NCBI GenBank assembly: GCA_016235055.1
Contig: JACRMK010000056.1
Location: 23,359 to 87,358 of the forward strand
Direction of reading: 5' to 3'
DNA: 64,000 nucleotides
Source of the DNA: Chloroflexota bacterium
GTDB taxonomy: Bacteria > Chloroflexota > Anaerolineae > JACRMK01
This document shows, one piece after another, positions 28,800-40,064 of the stretch (position 1 is the first letter of the stretch; each line of letters opens with the position of its first letter). Position numbers and translations under genes: made by a program. The notes below the pieces were generated by a model. That model saw nothing but the letters and a program-made list of their open reading frames with translations. It had not been told where the DNA came from and ran no database searches.

Positions 28800-29027
28800 A
28801 TGGCACTGCTACGCACAATCTGGGACAAATGGCGCGCGTTCGGCCACTGGATGGCCGACGTGGTCGGCCGAGTGGTCATGACTATCTTCTATTTCACGCT
28901 GGCCGCCCCGTTCGGCATTGGCGTACGGCTGTTCAGCGATCCACTGCACCTGAAGCCCGAAACGCCGCAATGGAATCCCCGCGAGCCGGTTTCCGAAGCG
29001 TTGGACGATGCGCGGAGGTCATTCTAG
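28800..29027 (+). CDS. Small SxtJ-like membrane protein
   Basis: W.KW.AFGH......GRVVMTIFYF....PFG..VRLFSDPL; sits directly before a carbamoyltransferase. Confidence 0.7.
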   Translation: MALLRTIWDKWRAFGHWMADVVGRVVMTIFYFTLAAPFGIGVRLFSDPLHLKPETPQWNPREPVSEALDDARRSF

Positions 29028-29028
29028 C

Positions 29029-30831
29029 ATGCGCATCCTGGGCATTTCGTGCTTCTATCACGACTCGGCCGCGGCGCTGCTGGTTGACGGCATGCTCGTG
29101 GCCGCTGCGGAGGAAGAGCGCTTCACCCGCAAGAAGCACGATCACGACTACCCAGCGCAGGCGGTCGCGTTCTGCCTCAAGCAGGCTGGTATCACCGCCG
29201 GCGATCTGGACTACGTGGTCTTTTACGAGAAGCCGCTGGTCAAGTTTGAGCGCATTCTGATGACCTCGCTGGGCGGCTATCCCAGGACCTGGCGCGTTTT
29301 TCCGGAAGCGATGGTCGCGTGGTTTAATGAAAAACTGTGGGTCAAGGGCCTCATCGTCCGCAAGCTGGGCGTGCCGCAGAACCGCGTGTTGTTCGCCGAC
29401 CATCACATGGCGCACGCGGCCAGCGCGCTCTTCTGCGCGCCGTATGCGGACGCCGCCGTGCTCACGCTTGACGGCGTGGGCGAGTGGACAACCGCGGCGA
29501 TCGGGCACGGCCAGGCCGACTGGACCGGCACGGGCAAGAGCAGCATCAACCTGACCGGAGAGATTCGTTTTCCGCATTCGCTCGGGCTGCTCTACTCGGC
29601 TTTCACGGCGTTCCTCGGCTTCGAGGTGAATGAGGGCGAGTACAAGGTCATGGGCATGGCGCCCTACGGCGAGCCGCGCTACGTCGACGACGTGTACAAG
29701 CTCGTGCGCGTCGAAGCCGACGGCAGCTTCCGGCTGAGCATGGAATACTTCAGCTTCTACCACTCGACGGAGCAGACGTACAATCGCCGGTTCACCGAGT
29801 TGTTTGGCGAGCCGCGTGTCCGCGAGTCCGAGTTCTACACCCGGCAGACGCATCCGCAACGCGACCACCCGCAGTGGGATGACCGCGCCGCCGAACGCAA
29901 CCAGCACTACGCCGACATCGCGGCCAGCATCCAACGTGTCACCGAGGAGATTATCCTCAAGATGGCGCGCCACGCCCGGCTGAGCACAGGCTCAAAGCGA
30001 CTGGTCATGGCGGGCGGCGTGGCGCTCAACAGCGTAGCCAACGGGCGCATCCTGCGCGAGACCGGCTTCGAGGAACTGTTTATCCAGCCGGCCGCCGGCG
30101 ATTCGGGCGGGGCGCTGGGCGCGGCGCTGTACGCCTACCACGTCATTCTGGGCCAGCCGCGCAAGTTTACGTTGAACGACTGCTACTGGGGACAGGGATA
30201 CAGCAATTCCGAGATTGGCGATTACCTGCGCGCCAACAACATCCGGCACGAGCAATTCGACGACGAAGATCGCCTGCTCGATCGCGTGGTGGACGGCCTG
30301 GTGAATGGCAAGGTAGCCGGTTGGTTTCGCGGTCGCTTCGAATGGGGACCGCGCGCGCTCGGAAACCGCAGCATCATCGCCGATCCGCGGCGCGCCGAGA
30401 TGAAGAACATTGTCAACGCCAAGATCAAGTTCCGCGAGCCGTTTCGCCCCTTTGCGCCGGTGGTGCTGGAAGAGCGCACGGCGGAGTATTTTGATCTGGA
30501 CGACCCGGCGCGGCAGTTGCCGGCGCGGTACATGCTGCTGGTGGCCCCGATCAAGAGCGACAAGCAGGATCAGATTCCAGCGGTCAACCATATGGGCACC
30601 GGCCGCTTGCAGACGATCCGGCCGGAGACCAATTCCGGCTACTACAACGTCGTGCGCAAGTTCGGCGACGCGACCGGCGTGCCGGTGCTGATGAACACCT
30701 CGTACAACCTGCGCGGCGAGCCAATCGTGGCAAGCCCGGCAGACGCCATGCGCACGTTCAACAACAGCGGACTGGACATGCTGGTCTTTGACCGCTTTCT
30801 GGTATTGAAGGACAAGGAGGAAGCCGCATGA
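29029..30831 (+). CDS. O-carbamoyltransferase (NodU/CmcH/SxtI family)
   Basis: ILGISCFYHDSAA, EERFTRKKH, HH.AHA, GEYKVMG, GGVALN, EWGPRALGNRSI, KFREPFRPFAP, NTSYN.RGEP. Confidence 0.96.
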   Translation: MRILGISCFYHDSAAALLVDGMLVAAAEEERFTRKKHDHDYPAQAVAFCLKQAGITAGDLDYVVFYEKPLVKFERILMTSLGGYPRTWRVFPEAMVAWFNEKLWVKGLIVRKLGVPQNRVLFADHHMAHAASALFCAPYADAAVLTLDGVGEWTTAAIGHGQADWTGTGKSSINLTGEIRFPHSLGLLYSAFTAFLGFEVNEGEYKVMGMAPYGEPRYVDDVYKLVRVEADGSFRLSMEYFSFYHSTEQTYNRRFTELFGEPRVRESEFYTRQTHPQRDHPQWDDRAAERNQHYADIAASIQRVTEEIILKMARHARLSTGSKRLVMAGGVALNSVANGRILRETGFEELFIQPAAGDSGGALGAALYAYHVILGQPRKFTLNDCYWGQGYSNSEIGDYLRANNIRHEQFDDEDRLLDRVVDGLVNGKVAGWFRGRFEWGPRALGNRSIIADPRRAEMKNIVNAKIKFREPFRPFAPVVLEERTAEYFDLDDPARQLPARYMLLVAPIKSDKQDQIPAVNHMGTGRLQTIRPETNSGYYNVVRKFGDATGVPVLMNTSYNLRGEPIVASPADAMRTFNNSGLDMLVFDRFLVLKDKEEAA

Positions 30832-31010
30832 GCGCTTGGTTTCGCAGCCTGGCCGCCAACACCGGTGTGGCCGGCGAAGTCTTCGTGTATCTGTGGCGCC
30901 GCAAGAAGTGGTGGCTCATCCCGATGGTCGTGGTGCTGATGGTCTTCGGACTACTGCTGGTCTTTGCGTCGGCGTCCGGCGTTGGCCCGTTCATCTACAC
31001 GCTGTTCTAG
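30828..31010 (+). CDS. DUF5989/SxtK-like small membrane protein
   Basis: RKKWWLIP....L..FG.LLV......PFIYTLF signature. Confidence 0.88.
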   Translation: MSAWFRSLAANTGVAGEVFVYLWRRKKWWLIPMVVVLMVFGLLLVFASASGVGPFIYTLF

Positions 31011-31038
31011 GCACAATCGCCCATCCCGCAGACATACT

Positions 31039-32162
<1,124 letters not shown>

Positions 32163-32166
<4 letters not shown>

Positions 32167-33635
32167 CACGCTCTCGTTGGCCGGCGCTCGTGCTGGCACT
32201 GTTCGCGATAGCGCTCGCCGCCGGAACGGTGGACGCGCAGGATCCCGCCGGTGTGCGCTGGAGCCAGCCGCTGGTCATCTCAGGCAACGTGCCGCATTCC
32301 GGCCGGCCGGCCATTGTGGCCGACGCTTTCGGGAGGGTGCATATCTTCTGGCAGGCCGCGTACACGCCGTTCCCTCAGAACCCAGAGGTGGGCGGCAGCA
32401 TCATCTACTACTCGCAGTATGACGGCGCGCGCTGGACCGATCCGGTGGATCTGTTTGTATCGCCCGGCAGTTATTCGCTGGCTTCCAATGTTGTGGCCGT
32501 GGCGGATGATGCAGGCTACGTGGACGCTGCGTGGGTGGGCGGCGGCCTGCTGTTTTTCACCCGCGCGCCCATAGACCTGGCAACCAGCGCGCGCGCGTGG
32601 TCGCCGTTCATCCGCATCGACGATAACGTGCAGACACCGTACCTGGCGACCGGCAGGGATGGCACGCTGCACCTCTTTTACTGGAACACGGGCACAACCC
32701 CCGGTATCTATTACACACGCTCAGTCGATCGCGGCCTGCACTGGACATCGCCCGAGCCGATCTGGCAGCGGCCGGTGCGCGGGCAGGTTCCCGGCACAGC
32801 CGACGCTATCGTGGTCGTGCAGGACCCGGCCAGCGGCGTGCTGCACGCGGTCTGGGTTGACATCTTCGAGCCAACCCTGTATTACGCGCAGTCGACAGAT
32901 CAAGGACTGTCATGGTCGCGCCCGGTGCAACTCGATGAGCGCGATCCTAATTCCAACCTGTTCGGACCGCTGTATCCCAGCATCGGCGTCGACGCGCGCG
33001 GCAGTATAGTCCTACTCTGGACGGCGAGCCACGACAAGGTTTCGTGCGCCCGTTACGGGCGTACTTCGACCAACGGCGGGCAGACCTGGGGCGCACGGCG
33101 GCGCGTGCTGGCACCGATTGAAGGCTGCTTCTTCCAAACGCCATTTGTTGCAGACGGCTCCGGCGTCCTCCAGATGGCGACCGTGGGCCGCGACAAGGGC
33201 ATCGTCGCACTATACCGCAGCACCTGGGGCAACACCGATTGGATGGCGCCCCAGACATTCCTCGGCGTGTCCATCAAAGATGGCGACGACTGGCAGCAAC
33301 GCGGCCCCGATGATCTGAAGTTGGCGATCGGCCTCGGCAACAAGATGCATGCGGCATGGTACACGAATGACGGTCGGGTCTGGTACGCAACCGGCGAGAG
33401 TACAGCGCGCTCGATCGCGGCTCGGACCGTGCCGACACCCTTGCCAACGGCGACGCGGCCTTCCGCACTCGCCACAAGCGTCGCACCGGCACCCACACGC
33501 GGCCCGCAATTTCCGGCCGACGCCGTGCCGGCCGAATCGCGGCCGGGCGAATTGCCGCTCTATTTCGGCGTCGTGCCCGTGCTCGCGCTGCTCCTGCTCG
33601 TTGTGGTGAGCCGCGTCATGGCGCGCGGTCGCTGA
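32163..33635 (+). CDS. Secreted BNR/Asp-box (sialidase-like) beta-propeller with P/T-rich linker and C-terminal membrane anchor
   Basis: Signal peptide; Asp boxes SVDRGLHW, STDQGLSW, STNGGQTW; VPTPLPTATRPS linker; TM followed by RVMARGR. Start re-called at the ATGA overlap. Confidence 0.85.
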
Positions 33636-33869
33636 CCGTCGATTCTCGATCACTCGAAGCCAGAACGTAGGGACTCGACTCAGACCCGCTGCCTGGCGCC
33701 AGGCTGTCATGACCGATCGAATATCTGTGTGCGCAGAGTCGCCCGCTTCACAAATCGCACAATGTCACAGACCGATCAAGAGTTGCTTCGTGCGCTTGTA
33801 TCTATGCGTTGAACGCCTGAGTCTTTCTCAACAGAACCGCTCCGTGTATTCCACCTTATCGAGGACATA

Positions 33870-35717
33870 ATGACTGAAGTCTATACCGGCAAGATCATCC
33901 GCATCGACCTGACCGCACGCACCGCGCAGGTCCAGTCGATCCCGGAAGAAATCTATGAGACCTACCTGCTCGGCTCCGGCCTGGCGGCCAAGTTGTTCTA
34001 CGACGAGATGGACCCCTCGCTCGATGCCTTCGATCCGCGCGCGCCGCTCTACTTCTTCAACGGCCTGCTGACCGGCACCGGCGCCACGACCGCCAATCGC
34101 ATCTCCGTCTGCGGTCGCTCGCCGCTGACCGGCATTTGGGGCGAGGCGAACGCGGGCGGCTACTGGGGCCCCGAACTGCGCTTCGCCGGCTACGACGGAC
34201 TCGTCATCAGCGGGCGCAGCGAGACGCCGGTCTACCTCTGGATCACCGAAAAGGGCGTCGAGTTCCGCGACGCGTCGCACCTCTGGGGCCAGGCCGACAG
34301 CTACCAGACGCTGGACGCGCTCCAGAAGGAGTGCGACCCCAAGTGCCGCGTTACCTGCATCGGCCCCGGCGGCGAGAACCGTGTGCTGATCGCCGGCGTC
34401 GCCTTCGACGGCCGCGAGACGCGCATGGCCGGGCGGTGCGGCCTCGGCGCGGTCATGGGCAGCAAGCACCTCAAGGCGATCGCCGTGCGCGGCAAGCAGA
34501 AGATCGCCTACCACGACAAGGGCGCGTTCCTCAAGTACGTGCAGTCGGTCAACGATCCGCTCAGGGATAACGGCTACATCATTTCGCTCAACAAGTTCGG
34601 CACCGCCGGCGGCGTCGCGTTCACCGAGCGCACCGGCGACATCCCGATCCGCAACTGGGCGGGCGGAAACTGGGCCGAGGGCGCGCAGAAGATCCAGGGC
34701 CAGACGATCCGCGAAAAGTACTACTCCGAAACGACGCGCTGCTTCGCGTGCCCGATCGCCTGCACACAGCACGTCGAGTTCAAGGAAGGCGAGCACGCCG
34801 GCCTGCACGCTCATGGCCCGGAGTACGAGACGCTCGGACTGATGGGCGCGAACTGCCTCATCGATGATCTCGAAGCGATCGCCGTGGCCAACGATCTCTG
34901 CAACCGCTACGGCCTCGACACGATTTCGGTCGGCTCAACCATCGCCTTCGCCATGGAAGCGTACGAGAAGGGCATCCTCGCGCCCGACCAGTGCGACGGC
35001 ATCGACCTGACCTGGGGTAACGGCAAGGCGCTGGTGCAGGCGGTCGAGGCGATCGCGTTCCGCCGCGGCGCGCTGGGCAACCTACTCGCCGACGGCACGC
35101 GCAAGGCGGCCGCGAAGTTGGGCCGGGGCGCAAGCGAGTTCGCGGTGCACGTCAAGGGTCTCGAAGTGCCGGCGCACGACCCGCGCGCCTTCGTCTCGAT
35201 GGCCTCCAACTACGCGACCAGCGCACGCGGCGCGTGCCATCTTGAATCGCTCGGCTACTGGCCGGAGCTCGGCATCCCATTTAAGGAACTCGGCTACGCC
35301 GGCGGCATCGACCCGCACACCGACGAAAACAAAGCGGCGATCACGTTCACGATGCAGAACTTCCAGTCGTTGATGAACCCGCTCGGTCTCTGCAAATTCA
35401 CGAACAAGGGCTCCGTCGGCCCGGAGATCCTCTCGCGCTATGTGAACCTCGCGCTCGGCTGGCAATGGGACGTCGAAACCTGGCAGCACATCGGCGAGCG
35501 GCTGTTCAATCTGAAGCGGCTGATCAACGTGCGCTATGGCGTCACGGCGGCTGATGACGACTTGCCGCCGCGTCTGAAGCAGGCCCGCCCCAGCGGCGGC
35601 GCGGCCGGCGTGGTGCCCGACGTCAAGCGCCAGGTGCAGGAGCTCTACGCCCTGCGTGGCTGGAACGCGGAAGGCGTGCCCGGTGAGGCACGACTGCGAC
35701 GGTTGGACTTGGCGTAA
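33870..35717 (+). CDS. Aldehyde:ferredoxin oxidoreductase (W/Mo-pterin AOR family)
   Basis: SPLTG.WG, GR.GLGAVMGSK.LKAI, CFACPIAC, GPEYE, GLDTIS, VKGLE.PAHDPR, RGACH. Confidence 0.96.
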   Translation: MTEVYTGKIIRIDLTARTAQVQSIPEEIYETYLLGSGLAAKLFYDEMDPSLDAFDPRAPLYFFNGLLTGTGATTANRISVCGRSPLTGIWGEANAGGYWGPELRFAGYDGLVISGRSETPVYLWITEKGVEFRDASHLWGQADSYQTLDALQKECDPKCRVTCIGPGGENRVLIAGVAFDGRETRMAGRCGLGAVMGSKHLKAIAVRGKQKIAYHDKGAFLKYVQSVNDPLRDNGYIISLNKFGTAGGVAFTERTGDIPIRNWAGGNWAEGAQKIQGQTIREKYYSETTRCFACPIACTQHVEFKEGEHAGLHAHGPEYETLGLMGANCLIDDLEAIAVANDLCNRYGLDTISVGSTIAFAMEAYEKGILAPDQCDGIDLTWGNGKALVQAVEAIAFRRGALGNLLADGTRKAAAKLGRGASEFAVHVKGLEVPAHDPRAFVSMASNYATSARGACHLESLGYWPELGIPFKELGYAGGIDPHTDENKAAITFTMQNFQSLMNPLGLCKFTNKGSVGPEILSRYVNLALGWQWDVETWQHIGERLFNLKRLINVRYGVTAADDDLPPRLKQARPSGGAAGVVPDVKRQVQELYALRGWNAEGVPGEARLRRLDLA

Positions 35718-35810
35718 GCGCCGACGCAACCCACAGGTCGTGGTAATTTGTCGCCGCCGGCTCAACATAGGGGCACCGACGCCATTTGTGCACGATACAC
35801 GGCCACGATT

Positions 35811-35839
35811 TTGTAACGCGGCTTTTCCCGTGATATAAT
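35811..35839 (+). promoter_or_regulatory. Sigma70-type promoter of rplS
   Basis: TTGTAA-17 bp-TATAAT with TGn extension. Confidence 0.8.
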
Positions 35840-35877
35840 GTCTTCCTGTCAACACGCACTTGGAAAGGTGTCCAGTC

Positions 35878-36261
35878 ATGCAAGATCTAATTCGTTCGCT
35901 TTCGAAGATGCCGGAGAAGGCGGCCAAGCGGCCGGTACTCGAGCCCGGTGATACCGTGCGCGTGATGTACCGCATCGTTGAGGGCGACAAGGAACGCCTG
36001 CAGCCGTTCCAGGGCGTCGTCATGCGCTTGCGTGGCAACGGCGCGACCACCCGCTTCACGGTGCGCCGCCTCGCGGCTCACGGCGTCGGCGTCGAGCGCA
36101 CATTCGTAGCGAACTCGCCCCGGCTGGAAGACGTCAAGGTCATCCGCCACGGCCAGGTGCGCCGCGCGCAGTTGTTCTTCCTGCGCGACCGCGTCGGCAA
36201 GAAGGCCCGCCTGCGCGAGCGCCGCTACGACGATTCCGAGCAGAATCCGCCGGCCAGCTAG
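35878..36261 (+). CDS. rplS: 50S ribosomal protein L19
   Basis: PGDTVRV..RIVEGDKERLQPFQGVV, GVGVERTF, GQVRRAQL.FLR. Confidence 0.97.
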   Translation: MQDLIRSLSKMPEKAAKRPVLEPGDTVRVMYRIVEGDKERLQPFQGVVMRLRGNGATTRFTVRRLAAHGVGVERTFVANSPRLEDVKVIRHGQVRRAQLFFLRDRVGKKARLRERRYDDSEQNPPAS

Positions 36262-36357
36262 CATAAGCGCCGCTTGCGGCGGTCGTTGAATCATAAGGGA
36301 AATCGGGTATACTCAAGTGTGCCCCGTTTCCCTTATTTGCTTTGATGGGGCACATGG

Positions 36358-37002
36358 ATGCGCATGCCAGGCTTTCGGGCGGAACTTAGGTATCACGGTC
36401 GCGGCCTCGCGCCCGTCGCCGGGTTGGACGAGGCCGGGCGCGGCGCATGGGCCGGTCCACTGGTGGCCGGCGCGGTCATCCTGCCGCCGCCGACTCCCGC
36501 GCTGCGTCGCGCGCTTCGTCAGGTTAACGACTCGAAGCAGTTGAGCGCGGCCGCCCGCGAGTTCTGCGCCGCGTTGATTCGCACGGTCGCCGTCGCGGCC
36601 GCCGTCGGCATGGTCTCGCCCGCCGAGATTGACGAGATGGGCATGACCCGCGCCACGCGCGAGGCGATGTCGCGCGCGCTGGCTGGTTTGACCGTCGCGC
36701 CGGCCGCCTTGCTGATCGACGCCTTTCCGCTGCCGTCCAGCGCGCTGCCACAGCAGGCGATCATTCGCGGCGACTCCTATGCGTTCAGCATCGCCGCCGC
36801 CTCGATTATAGCGAAAGTCACACGAGATGCGTTGATGCGCGAGCTCGATACCACCTGGCCGGGCTACGGCTTTGCCCATCACAAAGGCTACGGTACCGTC
36901 AACCACCACGCTGCGCTGCGCGCCATCGGCGTCTCGGTCGTGCATCGCCGCTCGTTTGCGCCGATCCGCGCCCTGCTGGCCGCCGCCGGAGCGCCGCAGT
37001 GA
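36358..37002 (+). CDS. rnhB: Ribonuclease HII
   Basis: GLDEAGRG..AGP, NDSK.L, IAAASIIAKV.RD, HKGYGT, HRRSF. Confidence 0.97.
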   Translation: MRMPGFRAELRYHGRGLAPVAGLDEAGRGAWAGPLVAGAVILPPPTPALRRALRQVNDSKQLSAAAREFCAALIRTVAVAAAVGMVSPAEIDEMGMTRATREAMSRALAGLTVAPAALLIDAFPLPSSALPQQAIIRGDSYAFSIAAASIIAKVTRDALMRELDTTWPGYGFAHHKGYGTVNHHAALRAIGVSVVHRRSFAPIRALLAAAGAPQ

Positions 37003-37394
37003 CCGCGCACACGGCGCCGCCGCGTCGCCCTTCGGCCCGTCGCCAACTCGGCACCGCCGGCGAGCAGATGGCCGCGCGGGCGCTGCAGGAGCGCGGTCTG
37101 TCGATTGTCGAGATGAACTACCGCTGCGCCGAGGGGGAGATCGACCTGGTGGCGCGCGACGGCGACGCGTGGGTGTTCGTCGAAGTGAAAACCCGGCGCG
37201 GCGACCGCTTCGGCACGCCGGAGGAAGCCGTGACGCCGCGCAAGCAGGCCAAATTGATCACTGTGGCCGACAACTATCTGCAGACGCACAATCTGGGCGA
37301 CGCCGACTGGCGCATCGACGTGGTGGCGATCGCGATGGACGCGCATGGTCGCCTGCAGCGTATCGATATCATCGATCACGCGGTCACGCACTAA
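36999..37394 (+). CDS. yraN: YraN family nuclease-like protein
   Basis: G..GE..A, NYRC..GEIDLV, VFVEVKTR, WRIDVV. Confidence 0.93.
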   Translation: MTAHTAPPRRPSARRQLGTAGEQMAARALQERGLSIVEMNYRCAEGEIDLVARDGDAWVFVEVKTRRGDRFGTPEEAVTPRKQAKLITVADNYLQTHNLGDADWRIDVVAIAMDAHGRLQRIDIIDHAVTH

Positions 37395-37397
37395 CCG

Positions 37398-38321
37398 GTG
37401 AAGACGCGCCTGGTCGTCATCGTCGGCCCGACCGCGGTCGGTAAGACCGCGCTCGCCCTCGACCTGGCAGAGCGGTTCGGCGGCGAGATCATCGGCGCCG
37501 ACTCGCGCCAAGTCTATCGCGGCATGGATATCGGCACCGCCAAGCCGTCGGCAGACGAACGGGCGCGGATCCCGCATCACCTGATCGATATCGTCGCACC
37601 GGACGAGGTGCTCTCGCTCGGTCAATACCGCGACCTGGCGACTCGCTGCATCGCGGAGATCAGCGCGCGCGGCAGACTGCCGTTCATGGTCGGCGGCACC
37701 GGCCAGTATGTGAAGGCGATCGTCGAGGGTTGGACCGTGCCCGAAGTCGCGCCTGACATGGCGCTGCGGGCGCAGTGGGAGCAGGAAGCGCGCGAGCACG
37801 GCCCGCAAATGTTGTACGCGCGCTTGCAGGCCGCCGATCCGGTCGCGGCGTCGCGGGTCGACGCGCGCAACGTGCGCCGCGTCATCCGCTACCTGGAAGT
37901 CTGCACGGCCACCGGTCGCCCCGTTTCCGAGCTGCAGCGGAAGGAGCCGCCGCCGTACGACATGCTGCAGATCGGGCTGACGCTGCCGCGTCCAGCGCTC
38001 TACCGCCGCATCGATGAGCGCGTCGATGCGATGATCGCTGGCGGGCTTGTAGATGAGGTGCGCGCCCTGCTGGCGCGCGGCTACTCGACCGATCTGCCGT
38101 CGATGTCGAGCTTCGGCTACAAGCAGATCGCGGCGTATCTCGCCGGGCAGTTGACGCTGGCGCAGGCCATAGAGAGTACCAAGAAAGAAACACGCCGGTT
38201 CGTTCAGCGGCAGTACGCCTGGTTCCGGCTCGACGATCCAAACATCGTGTGGCTGGACGCAGACGCGCGCGCAACGATGCGCGCCGGCGAGATTGTCGCT
38301 ACATCCCTGGGCCAGGTGTAG
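37398..38321 (+). CDS. miaA: tRNA dimethylallyltransferase
   Basis: GPTAVGKT, DSRQVYRGMDIGTAK, PHHLID, VGGTG.Y, RQ..WF. Confidence 0.97.
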   Translation: MKTRLVVIVGPTAVGKTALALDLAERFGGEIIGADSRQVYRGMDIGTAKPSADERARIPHHLIDIVAPDEVLSLGQYRDLATRCIAEISARGRLPFMVGGTGQYVKAIVEGWTVPEVAPDMALRAQWEQEAREHGPQMLYARLQAADPVAASRVDARNVRRVIRYLEVCTATGRPVSELQRKEPPPYDMLQIGLTLPRPALYRRIDERVDAMIAGGLVDEVRALLARGYSTDLPSMSSFGYKQIAAYLAGQLTLAQAIESTKKETRRFVQRQYAWFRLDDPNIVWLDADARATMRAGEIVATSLGQV

Positions 38322-38354
38322 TCGCAGGCAATTACCTTATCATTGGGAGTGTCA

Positions 38355-38912
38355 ATGGCTCGGTTTCAGTCCTGGGTGCCGCGGTTATTCGTGATCAGCC
38401 TGTTCTTCCTGATCATCCATGTGCTTGACGATGCGCTCAATCTCGGCGAGCCGCGCGACTGGGGCGTCAGCGTGCCGGAATTCCTGCTGATCGTTGCCTC
38501 GCTCTACCTCATTCTGCCGCCGTTCGGTGCGCTGCTCGCCCGGCGCGGGCACCCGCTCGGATTTCTTCTCGTGATGGCATACGGGCTTCAGGCGTTCTAC
38601 GGCGCCGGGCTCAACCACCTGCGACACCTGCAGGGCGAGTTCGGCGGCGTCGGGTTGATCGGACGCCTGCTGACCTCGTTCGGCATCGACTGCCTCGCCA
38701 TGCAGGGCAAAGGCTTCGTGACCGGCGTGCTGGCCATGCTCGGATGCGGCGTCACCACGCCGCACACCCATGCCTGGTGGTCGACAGCCGTCGCCGCCAT
38801 CGATACCGTGCTGAACATTCCGCTGGTGCTGCTCTGCGCAGCCGCGCTCGTCGTCTGGGTCCGCAGTCGCGGCTCGCGCGCCGCGCTGGCCGGGGCACCG
38901 GCCTCATCGTAA
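38355..38912 (+). CDS. Hypothetical multi-pass membrane protein
   Basis: Four to five hydrophobic segments; Shine-Dalgarno GGGAG; no recognised family. Confidence 0.7.
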   Translation: MARFQSWVPRLFVISLFFLIIHVLDDALNLGEPRDWGVSVPEFLLIVASLYLILPPFGALLARRGHPLGFLLVMAYGLQAFYGAGLNHLRHLQGEFGGVGLIGRLLTSFGIDCLAMQGKGFVTGVLAMLGCGVTTPHTHAWWSTAVAAIDTVLNIPLVLLCAAALVVWVRSRGSRAALAGAPASS

Positions 38913-38931
38913 AGAACCGGGCCAAACTTCC

Positions 38932-39816
38932 ATGAGCATTCTGGCCGATGCCGGCACGCGAATCCTGATCCAGGGCATCACCGGCCGCGAAGCGGTCACG
39001 CTGGCGCAGGAATCGCTCAAATATGGCGCGCGCATCGTCGCCGGCGTCACGCCCGGGCGCGGCGGCGCCACGGTGGCCGGTGTGCCTGTCTTCGACACGA
39101 TCGAGCAGGCCTGCGCGCAGCAGCCGGTCGACGCCTCGGTCATCTCGGTACCCGCTCCGGCTGCCATGGATGCCGCGCTGGAAGCAATCGCGCACGGCAT
39201 CCGGCTCATCGTCATCGTCACCGAGCGGCTGCCCCGGCGTGACGTAGCGGTCATACTGGAAACCGCCGCGCGCGCCGGTGCGCGCATCGTCGGCCCCAAT
39301 AGCCTCGGCCTGATCGTGCCGGACGTGACACGCGTCGGCATGTGCGGCGGCTCGGCCGCCGCCGCGCGTCGCGCCTATCGGCCCGGGCGTGTCGCCGTGC
39401 TCTCGCGCAGCGGCGGCATGACCACCGAGATCGCCAGCCTGCTGACGTTGAGCGGACACGGCCAAAGCACCGCGATATCGCTCGGCGGCGATCCGCTGAT
39501 CGGCTCCACGGCGCTCGATTTGCTGCCGCTTTTCGAGGCCGACCCGCAAACCAACGCACTGGTCCTCTTCGCCGAGCCGGGCGGCACGATGGAGGAACAG
39601 TTGGCGCAGCACCTCAGCCGCCACCCGTCGCGCCTGCGCATCGTCGCGTTCGTGGCCGGGCGCTTCGCGGAGCGTATGCAGGGCGTGCGCTTCGGGCATG
39701 CCGGCAGCATCGTCGAGGGCACGCGCGGCAGCCCGCAGAAGAAGATCGACCTGCTCCGCGATGCCGGCGTCCGCGTCGCCCGCACCCTGTCGGAGATACC
39801 ATCCCTGCTCGCCTGA
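38932..39816 (+). CDS. Succinyl-CoA-synthetase alpha-subunit-like CoA ligase subunit
   Basis: IQGITG, GVTPG.GG, GPNS.G, SRSGG, GGDP, phospho-His FGHAG. No beta subunit in the window. Confidence 0.92.
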   Translation: MSILADAGTRILIQGITGREAVTLAQESLKYGARIVAGVTPGRGGATVAGVPVFDTIEQACAQQPVDASVISVPAPAAMDAALEAIAHGIRLIVIVTERLPRRDVAVILETAARAGARIVGPNSLGLIVPDVTRVGMCGGSAAAARRAYRPGRVAVLSRSGGMTTEIASLLTLSGHGQSTAISLGGDPLIGSTALDLLPLFEADPQTNALVLFAEPGGTMEEQLAQHLSRHPSRLRIVAFVAGRFAERMQGVRFGHAGSIVEGTRGSPQKKIDLLRDAGVRVARTLSEIPSLLA

Positions 39817-39827
39817 TGCCGCCGCGT

Positions 39828-40064
39828 ATGAGCCTCTTTATCCGTATTGAACTGTCGGAAGCCGCCCGCTCGCTCGGGCGCGTGGCCGCCGTCTGCCCGG
39901 TCAACATCTTCGCCGACCAGGCCGGCGCTCTCGTCGTAGTGCCGGAACGTGAGGACGAGTGCACGCTATGCGAGCTCTGCCTCGACGCCGCGCCGCCGGG
40001 CGCCATTCGCATCCACAAGCTCTACTCCGGCGCGACGTTGGAGCGCCCGGCGCCTGCCGCATGA
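39828..40064 (+). CDS. 4Fe-4S ferredoxin
   Basis: MSLFIRIE...VCPVNIF...DECTLCELC; this is the C-terminal part of ORF 39342..40064. Alternative start at 39816. Confidence 0.85.
   Translation: MSLFIRIELSEAARSLGRVAAVCPVNIFADQAGALVVVPEREDECTLCELCLDAAPPGAIRIHKLYSGATLERPAPAA

Noticed and set aside
28800..31010. Saxitoxin biosynthesis cluster
   Set aside because: No sxtA, sxtG or other core genes are present, and the context is glycan biosynthesis.
33636..33869. Moco/tungsten-cofactor riboswitch or Rex box upstream of the AOR gene
   Set aside because: Only partial CACAA half-sites are visible and no convincing fold was seen by eye. An Infernal/Rfam scan would be needed.
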